This document shows, one piece after another, positions 36,655 to 49,620 of a stretch of 49,623 nt of DNA (the first letter of the stretch is position 1; each line of letters begins with the position of its first letter). The stretch lies in contig NC_069002.1 of the NCBI RefSeq assembly GCF_001194135.2, positions 22,532,776 to 22,582,398 on the forward strand. Reading direction: 5' to 3'. Position numbers and translations under genes: made by a program. Source of the stretch: Octopus bimaculoides. Its lineage: Eukaryota. The notes below the pieces were generated by a model, which saw nothing but the letters and a program-made list of their open reading frames with translations, made no database searches and was not told the DNA's origin.

Positions 36655-37130
36655 TCATCATCATCATCATCAATTAACGTCCATATTCCATGCTGACATG
36701 GGTTGGATGGTTGAACAGGATCCAAGGCAAAGGTCTGCATTAGGCTCTGTTGTCTGCTTTGACAGGGTCTTTACAGCTAGATACCTTCCCTAGCACCAAC
36801 CATTTTACAGTGTGTACTGGGTGCATTTTTCATGGTACCAGCACTCATGAGATCACAGATTAACTCCCAAGATAAGACCCCTTGACTGAGTGGGAGTGCA
36901 ATATTGAGGGAGATGGCTCTGTGTCAGGTGTTGAGAGATTAAGTATAAAAGAGGAACAGGAACTGGTATCTTGTTGTGGAGGAGATACTATGGGGGGTAC
37001 CTCAGCAGGAAAGGGAAAAAAGATGGTGAAAAATGAGGTATCAAGGATTATCTTCAGGATACATGAAGGCAGCAGATAAAGTGAGATTAGGGACAGAGAA
37101 TCAAGAATGGCTGAGTGGGCAGGTAAATTA
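36655..37130 (-). mobile_element. RTE-like tail retroposon with non-RTE body
   Basis: (CAT)n tail, ACGTCCATATTCCATGCTGACATGGG; body similar to 7130-7260 and 27480-27570. Confidence 0.65.
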
Positions 37131-39096
37131 ACGAGAGTTACAAAACAATCCTAGAAACCAACCCTACATTTAACTCTGATTTTAATGAGATATTAAATGA
37201 AATAACATGAGTTCTAAACACAGAATTCACAAACATAAACAATCATAAAATGATTCATTTTGAAAATAGTGAATACCATTTTTGTTTTTGTCTGTATAAA
37301 ATAATTTAAATCAAATTTTATGAAAAGACACCTTATGTCACAGAAACCTGGAGTCCTGCAGGACTCGGTTTAGGGAGCCTTCCTTTGTAAGGACAATTAA
37401 TCCAAACTCTGTAGGTTTAATCAAACCAGGAGGAGTGAGAGGCAAAGCAAGATGTGACAAAATCTTAACTCAGAACCAGAAGGCATTCTGTTTCTATTAC
37501 TTGGTTTTTGTTTTTTGTAATATAGCAATGATTTTTTTTTTTGTAACAGAGTACAAATGCATTATGTACATTTTACCATTAGGAGATATAGGCTGCTACA
37601 GTATTTGTGTCTCTCCTAACAGCGTTAGCAGTGTAATGAAATATTAAAACATGTTGCACTTTCAACAAGCCAGATGCTTAGCTATTGTTCTCTAAAGCAA
37701 GCACCGTCAATTGAAGCTTATAGGAGGACATACAGGTACCTGCTACCTTTACACTTCCTATTGACTTTCAACAGCAGATTGCACTACTTACTCCATGCAA
37801 CAAGTCTAACAATTTATTATAGATAATGATTTGCTACTAATATCTGACAAGTTACAGACAGGCTTTGCTCTGCTGAAGATCTTCCAAAAGAAAACAAAAA
37901 GAATAAAACCTGCTGGGAGTTGTCGCCCATATTCTCCAATACCATTGATTAAATAATGTTTTTTTCTAATGCCTCATACATCATGGAGTTTAGTGGAATA
38001 TCTCATTCCTCTCCAACTTTCTAGAACTTTTTTTTTTCCAAACTACCCTTCCCGACACTTCCTTACTCACGACAAAAAATATTTTTTAATTTGTCAAAAT
38101 TATTTCACAAAATCTAAACAAGCATTGAATTAAATGAGAGACAGGCAAAATATAATAAGCAGTTGCAGACGACCTTTGTAGTAGTACACCGAGAAATTAC
38201 GAGACAATAGCAGAGCTACTAATGGTTATCTTTTCTTATACCAATAGAGTGAGTGAGAGTAATTGAAAACTACATCAATGTGTGTGTATGTATATATATA
38301 TATACATATACATATATATATACACACATACATACATGCATATAAACACACACCTAAGCAAAGAATTTAATCCACAATTTCCAAACAAATAGAAAGGGAG
38401 ATGTTCTGAAGAATCTCTTTGCCTGTCACTCCAATAATATAAAGACTGTCAATGTCTGTTCGGTTACTTATTTGTTCACTAGAAAATATGGGTGTATTGT
38501 TGTTGGTGTATCTTCAAGATGGAGCAGGCTCCTGGTTAAAGACATTCCAGCCATGACCATCCATTCTTTTCTTTCAGTGTGGTACATCAAGGATTACAAT
38601 GTGTGCTAAGTCTTTCCTTTCTTTAAACCGATAGTATGTGACTTGAAGAAAACCTGGCTACCATTTCCAGGAGTTCAAGAGACCACATAGAAGCTTTATC
38701 AGTAGCTGATTGTGTGTGTGTGTGTTGCAGATACCTTAACACTGTTGATGAGTTTTCTGGTTAATTGTGACTGAAATGTGAATTCAGTTCTTGTTATTAA
38801 CTTATATCCAGGACAATCAACAAAGAAGATAGTTAAATGGCTAACCCTGACCATGAAGACACTAGTAATTAACTATTTTATTTGACTTGTGTGACTAGAA
38901 TTAATATACATGCCTGAATATATGTCTTTGTGTGTAGGTGTGTGTTTGTGAGGAGACAGTGGAAAATATATCTGCTCATAGTTCAGGTGAGCTGATAAAG
39001 TTTGTTAAAACCCACTAACAACAGCAACAATGACACTGTCAAAAGCACGAGTTTCTGACTCACAGTTTGACAACAAAGAAAATAATAATAATAATA

Positions 39097-39298
39097 ATCT
39101 TTTCTACTATAGGCACAAGGCCTGGAATTTGGTGGGAGGGGACTAGTCGATCACATCGACACCCTCCCTCCCGTGTTTCACTGGTACTTATTTCATCAAC
39201 CCCGAAAGGATGAAAGGCAAAGTTGACCCCAGTGGAATTTGAACTCAGAATGTAGCAATGGGTGAAATACCACCAAGCATTTCGTCCAGCATGCTAAT
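39097..39298 (-). mobile_element. SINE family B
   Basis: Reverse-complement core; (AAT)n and (AGT)n flanks. Confidence 0.88.
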
Positions 39299-39301
39299 AA
39301 T

Positions 39302-39333
<32 letters not shown>

Positions 39334-40487
39334 TAGGCATATATACCTACACATTATATCTATGCATGTATTTATGTACAAGTACCTTTTTCCAATTTAT
39401 ATGCATGTCAACATACAATATAAAAATAGACTATTTTATTGCATGTCCCATTAAATGACAGCCTCAAACAACAGCCAGAACCTTCGTGTTTAGTAGCAGT
39501 TATAGTAGTAGTAGTACATATAAATGAACATTCTTCCTTAAGATGGAGGGAAAAAGGAGGCGTGGTGACGTTCATGCTTTTCCATTGGCAGCATCAATGA
39601 AGCTAAAGTAGCTACAACTAGCAATTAAAATCATAATATTGTGTACTCCAAGAGACCACATCACCCACACGTATGTGTATGTAGGCATGTATAGATATAT
39701 TTTAGGCATATTTTATACCACATATGTATATTACATTCCATAGGTAGAATGTTACATTTCTGTGTATTGTTGTAAGTCAAAGCTGAAATGAGTTGAAGCA
39801 TCTGATTAAATATAGAGTCCTGTTACTTACTGGAGGTCAGTGATCACATTTAGTGTAGTCAGCTGAGAAATTTTAATAAAATCAAAATTAGAGAGAATAG
39901 ACTAATAATTAAATGTAGACATGAAAAACAAGGGAGACAAACATGAAATCTTAATTAAAACTAATTAGAAAATACCGAAAACAATGTTGTCGATGCAATG
40001 AAGGGACCAAGTTCAATCTACACAACGTAACTAATCCTGTTTCAGTGTTATTCGGTCTCTTCAACTAAATACATTCTCTAACTAATGCTACTAGGCAAAG
40101 ACAATTTGAAGAGGAGGAGGTGTATTTCCCCTCCAATATTTAATATAGAACGTAGTTTAGCTCTTCTAGGTTCTTTCTTGTTTTGAACCTTGTTCAGGTC
40201 AATTGTTACACTTTGTTCATGAAGTATTCTGTAAATGGAGTCTCATTAATATTTAGATATCGGTTCAATAACTTATACTGTTATAAAAAAAAAACTGTCC
40301 ATATGTTGCAACAGTTATGTAAATAAACACACGTATTTGAATATATTATTCATATTTACGTGTGCAATATTGACGGTGGGGAAGAGTTATACGAAAAAAG
40401 GCACCAATATCTCTTCTATTTCAAATATCTCTATATGTAGTAGTAGTAGTAATAGTAGTAGTAGTAGTAACAATAATAATAATAATA

Positions 40488-40612
40488 ATCCTTTCTATTA
40501 TGGGCACAAGGCCAGAAATGTTGGGTGTGGTGGTGGTGGGGGCAAGTTGATTTCACCGATCCTTGTACTTGAGTGGTACTTATTTTTATTGACCCCTAAA
40601 GCATAAAAGGTG
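40488..40612 (-). mobile_element. SINE family B, 3' part
   Basis: GGCACAAGGCCAGAAAT..GTGGTACTTATTTT.TTGACCCC. Confidence 0.75.
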
Positions 40613-40896
40613 AAAATAAAAAAAAACACGACGTTCGATCCACACTTGAAGTAGAAAGATGATTGTTCAATGAAAAATTTTAATGTCTCCGATAAATTGT
40701 TTTTGTTTGCTTTCCTTTTTCAAAGATCGTCATTAAATCATGTCATTCCTTTCCTATGTGCAGAAATTATAATAATTAATAACAACAATATGTTTATTTG
40801 TTACAGTGACTAGTAAGAGTATTGTATTCACAACATAATACGAATAGTGTTCAGTGCTTCATGTAGAGACGATATATTAATCATCATAATAATAAT

Positions 40897-41122
40897 TCTT
40901 TATAATTTTGGCACAAAGTCAGCAATTTCGTGGTAGGGAGTTTAGGCAATTACACTGATCCCCAGGGTTTGCCTGATACTTATTTCAGTGACCGCGAAAG
41001 GATGGAAGGTAAAGTCGACCTCGGCAGAATTTGAGCTCAGAACGAAAAGACTAGAATGGGAAAAATACCGCCTTGCGGTATTTTTTCCAATTCTTTAAAT
41101 GATTCTGCCACACCACCGCCCT
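40897..41122 (-). mobile_element. SINE family B
   Basis: GAAAGGATGGAAGGTAAAGTCGACCTCGGCAGAATTTGAGCTCAGAACG. Confidence 0.85.
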
Positions 41123-41769
41123 AATGATGAAGGTGGTGGTTGTTCTTATAATGATGATGGTGCCTATGATGACGCTGTCCTTATTTTTACCACAAAGATG
41201 AAGTGACACTACAAGAACAGGTTACAAAATGCAGGATGTTTGAAATAATAATAATCTACTTAGTATATATAATGCAGCATTATTGAAGAAATATGTCGAA
41301 GCTGTTGAAAAAAAAATATTTCGTTTTCTTTGGTATCTTTCTATAATAAGGTCCACTCGACATGCTAGAAATAACAGTCAAAATCTCTCAAACCGCACTT
41401 AAGAAAATAAGGAAGAGATTGGACTATCTTTAATCATATGTCCGGTCGATCAGGATTGACCTATGGCTAAACAACAAATTGGACATGCAATAGAAAACTT
41501 CTATGCGAACGCTTGACCGGCTTGAAATAACAGCTTAATTTCCGTTAACTCATATCCCATACCCCACCATCTTAAACGAAAAGAAAGGAAGGACACGAGT
41601 GTAATGTAGCCCTGGTGACAGTATAGCTGTAATAAATGGAACCGATTTCATCATTGTCTTGCTCGAGTAGGGTTGAACGGCCTGGGGTTAAACAACAAAC
41701 AAACCAGCAAGTGCTGCAACGTCAACACTACCTCTATCACCCTTCTTTAACATTATTATTATTATTTTG

Positions 41770-41958
41770 GGTGGAGAGCTGGCGGAATCGTTAGTGCGTC
41801 GGACAAAATGCTTAGCAATATTTCTTCCGACTCTTTATGTTCTGAGTTCAAATTCCGCCAAGGGTCGATAAAATAAGTACCAGTTGAGCACTGGAATCGA
41901 AGAAATTGACTATGCCCCTCCCCCGAAATTTCAGGCCTTGTGCCAAAATTTGAAATCA
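41770..41958 (+). mobile_element. SINE family B
   Basis: Head GAGCTGGCGGAATCGTTAG..TTCTGAGTTCAAATTCCGCC; part of the core deleted. Confidence 0.88.
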
Positions 41959-42479
41959 TTATTATTGTTATTATTATTCCATTCGTATGTCGATGTATTA
42001 AAGGAATAACAGGAATCAAACGGCGGCGCATTACTAAAACCGGAAAGCTAAAAAGGACAAGAGATGTCCTGGGTGGGATTTGAACACCAACAATAAACAA
42101 CGATTCCCAACTCGGATTACAAAACAACAAATGTTAAGAAATATATAGTCGATTATATTGATATATCGACCTCCACACAATAAGCTAACGGGTAAATAAA
42201 CAGTAGCTAAGAACACCGAGGCGGTATCGTCATCGGGGGTTGGGTACATTGTGGGGGTGGGTCGTAGCTTCGAAACAAGTGGTTCTCCTTTCGTTTTTGT
42301 CTTTCAGATAAATAAGAGAGGGTGGATGCTGAAAATGTTGAAATCTGTGTGATGTATGACTTCAATTTTATTTTTTATATATCCACCTACATACGGTATT
42401 GATTCATCGATATTTCTATTAGAGAGAGAGAGATAGATAGATAGATAGATAGATGTGTGTATACATGCGAGTATGTGCG

Positions 42480-42515
<36 letters not shown>

Positions 42516-42766
42516 GTATGTGTGTATGTATATATATATATATATATAGATATATATATATATACACACACACACGAGTGAAAGCTAATGAGAAAGACCA
42601 ACAGTTGCTGCCATATTTCATACGCACTCATGTATACACACTCAGCTGACTGTGTGTATATATATATAAATACACACACACACAACACTGCCGTATCTTT
42701 TACATATTAATATTAAATAGAAATGAGACATAAGTGATAAAAAGAAAGTAATAAACTGAAACTCAC

Positions 42767-42823
42767 CGCAAATGGATTAGCAGCCTCCGGATCTGCAAAC
42801 GGATTACTGTCAAATCCCGACAT
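42767..42823 (-). CDS. SCAMP: Second, identical copy of SCAMP coding exon 1 (probable contig-overlap artefact)
   Basis: 42751-42826 is identical to 42837-42912 on either side of a 10-N gap. Confidence 0.5.
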
Positions 42824-42852
42824 AATNNNNNNNNNNATAAACTGAAACTCAC

Positions 42853-42909
42853 CGCAAATGGATTAGCAGCCTCCGGATCTGCAAACGGATTACTGTCAAA
42901 TCCCGACAT
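42853..42909 (-). CDS. SCAMP: First coding exon of a secretory carrier membrane protein (SCAMP1-3 type with N-terminal NPF repeats)
   Basis: ATG at 42909-42907; MSGFDSNPFADPEAANPFA closely matches the SCAMP1 N-terminus MSDFDSNPFADPDLNNPFK; canonical GTGAGT donor, phase 0, 57 nt. Confidence 0.92.
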
Positions 42910-43450
42910 AATGTCTCGATCTTTTTATCAAATTTTAAAGAAATCAATCACTTCAAGATGGAATAACTAATTAATATCAATACTAATATTAATAATAGTT
43001 AAACAAAAAAAAACGAGCAGTTTCTTCTAACGTAATAATAATTTTCCTTGGACAATTATTTTAATTTCTCGAGGATAGGTGTGTGTGTGTTTGAGATTTG
43101 GAGGTGGTATGCTTTGCATTTGCTGTGCTTGTTATTATTATTGTTATGAATATTCCTTTCAGGCTGGCTCTTAACTCCGCCAAGGAAACGGCGAGAGACA
43201 GAGAGAGAGAGAGCAGAAATATCCTCCTCGGTTGTTCAAATCCAAACGAAGGAGGCCACAGACATAGAGACCGTAATGGCGACTTGCTCTCTCTTTGACT
43301 CACTGTCGGGCTTGACGCATGCGCACTGCTGTCGTCCGAATGTCAGTCGCTGCCAGTTATCAACACGATCGCCAATCGCTTCATGTCACCTTGAACACCA
43401 ATAATTACAGTTGGATATTTACACGTCACTCTCGTTTAGTTTCTTTTTTC
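42910..43450 (-). promoter_or_regulatory. SCAMP 5' UTR and promoter
   Basis: CpG-retaining region (about 40.3-44.1 kb); NRF1-like ACGCATGCGCA 43315-43325; AP-1 TGACTCA 43296-43302; YY1-like TAATGGCG 43274-43281. Confidence 0.65.
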
Positions 43451-44227
43451 TTGGTTGATGCTGCTCTTTTTTTCCTCTTCGTAATATATCTTATCTGGTT
43501 AATATCCAGTTATCTATCTACACGATCGACTACTAATTTCTCTTTTGTTCCTGTTGTAATTGATAGGGTCACACCTCTCATTCGCAACAGCTGTTTTTTT
43601 TTTTTCTTTTTTAAATATTCTAACTGAAAAAAAAAACCGTTTCCCTTGTCAAATACCCAGCTTCAGTTACGCAAAGCTTTGGTAGGAGGATGGTTGATAA
43701 AGTCCATCTGTTGAAAAAGACGCAAAAGCGAATAAAAAACAAAAAATTTTAAAACAATTTTCGTGAAGAATTGCTCTGGAACCATTGACCCCTCTCACTC
43801 GCGTAATCTTCATCATATCCCAACAAAGACAGAAAGAAAGAAATTTTTTAAAAGACTTAACCCCAACGACTCCAAGTTAACCTGTGAGGTTGTCCAGCAG
43901 ACGGATATATCAAAAACCCAGTATTCGTCCTCAACTGTTTTCCACATTACCAAACAATTTTTATAGAAGATTAACCACATGTATTACTGGTACTCTACCG
44001 TTGGTGCTGTAAATGCAAAGTTGATCGCTGTGGAATTTCAAGTAAAGATAGTAAATGCCAATATTTCTTGTGATAAATTTGACATAAGGAAAGAGATGTT
44101 GTGATGTTTATGCTGTTACAAAGGACTCAATTAGCCACCCGTTTAAGACTTAACTACCATTAATATTTATCGTGTCTTTTATTGCCACAAATTACAACAC
44201 AAGGCAATATTACAATATGGTAGAACA

Positions 44228-44891
44228 AATTAAACTTAAATATAACAGAAAGATCATAAATTTAACTTTATCATGCATGCGCGCGCGCGTGCATTTATAA
44301 GTGCAAACGTAACTGTGTGGTTAGAAGTTTGCTTTCCAACTAGATGGTTCCAGGTTCAGTCTCACTGCATGGTAACTTGAGAAAATGTCCTCTACTATAG
44401 CCCTGGACCAATCAAAGCCTTGTGATTTGGTCAATGGAAACTGAAAGAAGCCTGAAAGGCACATTGAAGGAGGCAGAANNNNNNNNNNNNNNNNNNNNNN
44501 NNNNNNNNNNNNNNNNNNNNNNNNNNNNNNNNNNNNNNNNNNNNNNNNNNNNNNNNNNNNNNNNNNNNNNNNNNNNNNNNNNNNNNNNNNNNNNNNNNNN
44601 NNNNNNNNNNNNNNNNNNNNNNNNNNNNNNNNNNNNNNNNAATTAAACTTAAATATAACAGAAAGATCATAAATTTAACTTTATCATGCATGCGCGCGCG
44701 CGTGCATTTATAAGTGCAAACGTAACTGTGTGGTTAGAAGTTTGCTTTCCAACTAGATGGTTCCAGGTTCAGTCTCACTGCATGGTAACTTGAGAAAATG
44801 TCCTCTACTATAGCCCTGGACCAATCAAAGCCTTGTGATTTGGTCAATGGAAACTGAAAGAAGCCTGAAAGGCACATTGAAGGAGGCAGAA
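44228..44891. repeat. 251-bp exact direct duplication across an N gap (includes a family A SINE head)
   Basis: 44228-44478 equals 44641-44891. Confidence 0.9.
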
Positions 44892-44982
44892 CATACATTA
44901 TACAAAGAGGTGAATCTTGAAACAAAAAGAACTGCAACCAACCTTAACATCAGTGAGAGTATAGAGTATTTCCTTCCACGTA

Positions 44983-45200
44983 TAAGGGTGTGCAGAAAAG
45001 TTCTTGGCTCAGGGTAAAACAAAATACAGGAAGATCAGTTAATTATAATTTTATTCCACATATTCCCCTCTCAGATTCACATGCCTTTTTGCAGCAGTCC
45101 TTCAGTTTTTCTAAGCCCTGTAAAAGGTCTCGGATGGTTGGGTCTCCAGTCAAGTCTTTGGCGATACTCTTAAAGCCAGGAATTTTTCAGCACCTCCTTG
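44983..45200 (-). mobile_element. Mariner-derived MITE (same family as 26152-26368)
   Basis: TA duplications at 44981-44982 and 45201-45202; TIRs match. Confidence 0.88.
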
Positions 45201-45471
45201 TAAGCTTTTTATTAGCCTTAAAGATCACAAAACCAATTTTAGGAGAAACCCTAAATGTAGACTATAATCCAGCTAAAACAAATAAGAATTATTAGAAAGA
45301 ATATTTTAGGTTCCATTCCCCATGAGATTAATAGTGATATAGAGTTCCATTTATGGGATAACAGCATGTCTGTTACAGACTGGTTTCAGGACATTAACAA
45401 TGAGAATACTGTAAGTTCACCCAGTTTTATATTGTGGACTTTCCCTTGTCTATAACAAGGCCTCTACCACT

Positions 45472-45813
45472 CGGGTAAAGATCCCCTTCGGTCATGAATG
45501 ACCACGGGATTGCACCAAGAAAGTTCCCTTCCAGGTCACAAGTCTAGGTGAGGTTTTTTATGGAAGACTAGCAGTCACTTGTGAATACCACCCTCCCTCT
45601 CCACACCACTGATGTTATCCAAGGGAAAGGCAAAGGGGCCGATACAGCTTGGTACCAGTGATGTTGCAACTCATTTCTACAGCTAAGTGAGCAAGAGCAA
45701 CATGAAATAAAGTGTCTTGCGCAAAAACACAGCACAGCCTAGTCCAGGAATCGAACTCATTACCTCATGTTTGTGAGCCCAATGCTGTAGCCACTGAGCC
45801 ATGCACCTTCACT
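45472..45813 (-). mobile_element. tRNA-derived SINE family C
   Basis: 9-bp TSD TCTACCACT at 45463-45471 and 45814-45822; box A/B-like head at the right end. Confidence 0.85.
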
Positions 45814-46567
45814 TCTACCACTTCAGGCACTTGATTTTGCTAAGGAGTACATATTTGTCAGCAACTCTAACATTGACATTATCCTGCATGCTAGGAAATG
45901 CTTGCTATTTTTCAAAGACTCTGACTGGGTCAAGAAGAATAGGGAAGCTTTGTTCAGTGTGCTGATGGGAACGTATGACAGAAGAGAATTATATCTATTC
46001 ATAGGTGTGTATACATTGCACCATTTGCATGTAGAGTTTCTGTGTTGGATGCAAGTTTGTACAGAGATGATGGCCTTATAGTCACCCGTAACATGGACAG
46101 GCATGAGCATAATGACGTTAGGAAAAATCTTACTGTATTTTTCTAAAAAATGGGCTCAAAAATTACAACTGACATGAATCTTAGTTATGTTAATTTTTTA
46201 GACATCAACTTAAATCTGTGATCTGACAGTTTTAAGCCATACCATAATCTAATGAAAGGTTTTTCTATATCAACAAAGGATCAAATCATCTGCCTTGTAT
46301 TTTCAAAAATATTGTTGGCATTATAGGTAAGCATATTTCCTAATTGTCAGCAGACGAGGCAGCCTTTAATGATTCCTCCACATACTACAAAGATGAACTT
46401 GTCAATTGTGGATTCTCAGAGATGATATTCTATGTTCTCAGTGGAAACAACCCCAGAAAATCTAATAATGAGAAAGGTTTTGTGATATATTGTAACATTT
46501 AGTAATATGAACATTCTCAGTAAACCTAACAGAATTTCTGATTCCTCCTCCTCCTCCTCCTCCTCCT

Positions 46568-48264
46568 CATCATCATCATCATCATTATCGTTTAACGTCC
46601 GTTTTCCATGCTGGCATGGGTTGGACGGTTTGACTGAGGACTGGCAAACCAGGAGGCTGCATCATGCTCCAATCTGATTTGGCAAGGTTTCTACAGCTGG
46701 ATGCCCTTCTTAACAGCAACCACTCTGAGAGTGTAGTGGGTGCTTTTTACCTGCCACTGGCATGGGGGCTGGTCAGCTGGCACCAGCATTGACCATGCTT
46801 GAATGGTGCTTTTTATATGCCACCAGTATGGGTGCCAGTCAGGCGGCACTGGCATCAGTCACAACTACAATTTCACTAGGCTCAACAGGTCTTCTCAAGC
46901 ACAGTATATTGCCCGACAATTGAAGGGTACTTTTAAATGGGCTAGTTATGGGACACTTGCATTGGTGACAGCTATGATCTCACTTGGCTTGCCGGGTCTT
47001 CTCAAGCACAGCATTTCTCCAAAGGTCTCGATTGCTTGTCATTGCCTTTGTGAGGCCCAATGTTCGAAGGTTGTGTTTCACCACCTCATCCCAGGTCTTT
47101 CTGGGTCTACCACTTCCACAGGTTCCCTCTACTGTTAGGGTGTAATGCTTCTTCACACAGCTGTCCTCATCCAAACCAGTGCAGTCGTCTCTCTTGCACA
47201 CCACATTTGATGTTTCTTATGTCCAACTTTTCTCTCAGAGCGCTTACACTCTGCCGTGTATGCACACTGACATTACACATCCAACAGAGCATACTAACTT
47301 CATTTCTTCCAAGCCTACACATGTCCTCGGCAGTCACAGCCCATGTTTCACTGCCATGTAATATGGCTGTTTGCACACATGCATCATTGTCTTCCTTTCG
47401 CTCTGAGTGAGAGGCCTTCTGTTACCAGCAGAGGTAGGAGCTCTCTGAACTTTGCCCAGGCTATTCTTATTCTAGTAGCTATGCTCTCAGAGCATCCACT
47501 CCAGCTACTGTCTTGGTCACCATGGTAACGAAAGCTATCAACTACTAGTTTTTTCCCCTGGCATGTGATGAAATATGCTTTCTGTATATCTTCAGTGCAT
47601 CTTGCCACACACAAAAACTATCTTCCAAGTTAACCCTCCTTTGATATTACTGCACTTCTTATGTGTCCATAACTTACATCGGGTACATCTTATGGAGTTT
47701 CTACCTACACCTTTTCTACAGATTGTGCAGGGCCATCTACCTGAAGGGATTTGTGATTTGTCTGCCTTCCTACTTACTAAAACTTTGGTTTTTGCTAGAT
47801 TGATTCAAAGGACCTTCGATTCTAGATCTTACTTCCACACCTGAAACTTCTTGAGTTCTGGTAGTGACTCAGCTATTAGAGCAAGGTTAACAAGATAGAG
47901 GAGCTCCCAGGGGCAGCCTGTCTTGAATTCCTCTGTTATTGCCTGGAGGGCAATGATGAATAAGAGGGGGCTGAGGATTGATCCTTGGTGAACCCCTACT
48001 TCTACCCAGAATTCTTCACTATACTCATTGCCAACACTCACCTCACTGACAGCATCCCTGTACATGGCTTGTGCATCTCTCACCGACCACTCATCTATCC
48101 CTAGTTTCCACATTGACCACCAGATAAAGGATTGAGGGACTTTGTCAAAGGCTTTCTCCATGTCAATGAAAGCCAAGTACAGCTGTCTTACCAGAAATAT
48201 AGCATCAGTGGTACTTCTCTCTGACACAAACACAAACTCATCTAAACTAACTCTCTCCCTAATT
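46568..48264 (-). mobile_element. RTE LINE, decayed 5'-truncated copy
   Basis: Collinear with 625-2823; YADD eroded to YLVN; small deletion of QEKYLAKDKP; (GAT)n tail. Confidence 0.93.
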
Positions 48265-49347
48265 AGTTAAGCTCTAAATATAATTTCAAAGATCCAAAAA
48301 GCTCTCCTTTAATGGTAATTGACTATTGAAAGGTGTTGTATATAGGAGTAAGGGACAGATTGACAACATTCCAACAGACAAAACTTAAACTGGTACCACA
48401 GAAAACAGCTTCTAAATGAGGTTTTACTCACACAGAAATTCCTTCAAATATCCTGAAAACAGGTCACAATGAGTCTAGGTAAACACTTATGGCAATTAAA
48501 AGAAGCTGGTTCTGCCTCGTTTAGAATATATTGGTCTCCCTGATATTTGTAAAATAATTGTTGGTATCATACATGCAGTGTCTTCATTTCCAGTATTCTC
48601 CAAGAACATGTCTGACCATGGAGAAATATTACCTTGCTTGGAAACAAATGAACATTGAAAAGAAGGACATCAGTCCATAACATTTCTGCCTCAATAAATT
48701 CCATCCATTCTATGTAAGCATATAGAAGTTGGCATTAAAATGTTGAATGTATGTAGGTATCAAGTAATATTCATTGCCACTTGATAGTACAACTACTGCA
48801 TTGATCCCTCAGAGAGATTATAGAACTAGCATTTTTCCTTCTAAGTACATACATATATGTATATGAATACATATCTATACGTACGTTCATATATATATAT
48901 ATATATATATATAAACGTGTACGTGTATATACACACATGCATATACAAATATATTTACACACACACACAAACACACACATGTATATTGATGATGGCTGGT
49001 AAGCAAAAACACTGAATTGTAAAGATATATATATGTATGTATGTATCATGTCATCATCATATTTTAACATCCATCTTCCATGCTGGCATGGGTTGGAAAG
49101 TATGTGTGTATATGTGTGTGTGTGTGTATTATTTCAGGGGTTGGCAATTTCAAAAGAGGCTACTTAGGAAATATTGCTCAAAATCTTATGATGAATGAAA
49201 AAATATTTAATCCATAATCGTTAGTCCGACAAAATACATATTCAATTTTGTATATGGCTCATATATATATATGTATACACACACATACACATTTATACAG
49301 ACACATATATACATACGTATACATACATACATATATTCTTTTATTCT

Positions 49348-49620
49348 TGTGGTGTTATGGGCTGTGATGAGCTGTGTGTTGCTGGTGGAGTGAGGTGAGG
49401 CAAACAGAAGTGAAGCCAGACCGGAAGGGCCAGACCAGAAGGGTCAGCGACACGTGGTCAAAGGCTAGCACGTGGGGCCAGTCAGAAAACAGAGAGGTTA
49501 CGAGAAAGACGTGTTCTGATCAGGAGCGATCGTGTACTCCGCTGCGGTCGACAAGGTAAGGTCCAACGTTTCATTCTGTCCTTTTGCTTCTTGTTGTCTT
49601 TTTTCCTCCATCACACCACA
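49348..49620. mobile_element. Solo LTR (273 bp), BEL/Pao- or Gypsy-like
   Basis: TG...CA ends with 13-bp inverted termini TGTGGTGTTATGG / CCATCACACCACA; left flank ATTCT, right flank ATT (window ends); CpG-rich. Confidence 0.75.

Larger units (their letters stand above)
44866..48540 (+). mobile_element. Penelope-like retroelement fossil split by three nested insertions
   Basis: LFISLKDHKTNF..NPKCRL (45203-45265), LQALDFAK..HARK.LLF..W.KK..LF.V.MG.YD (45820-45990), YRDDGL (46060-46077), VNFLDINLNL..KPY..YINKGSNH (46185-46290); GIY-YIG-like remnants NGN*LLKGVVY and LGKHLWQLK at 48310-48510. Confidence 0.82.

Noticed and set aside
40030-40070. Second hammerhead-like motif (TTGAAGA...GAAA, minus strand)
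   Set aside because: Stem II does not pair and the core is altered; too degenerate to support.
44228-44891. 251-bp tandem duplication as a biological event
   Set aside because: It is an exact copy on both sides of an N gap, typical of an unmerged contig overlap.
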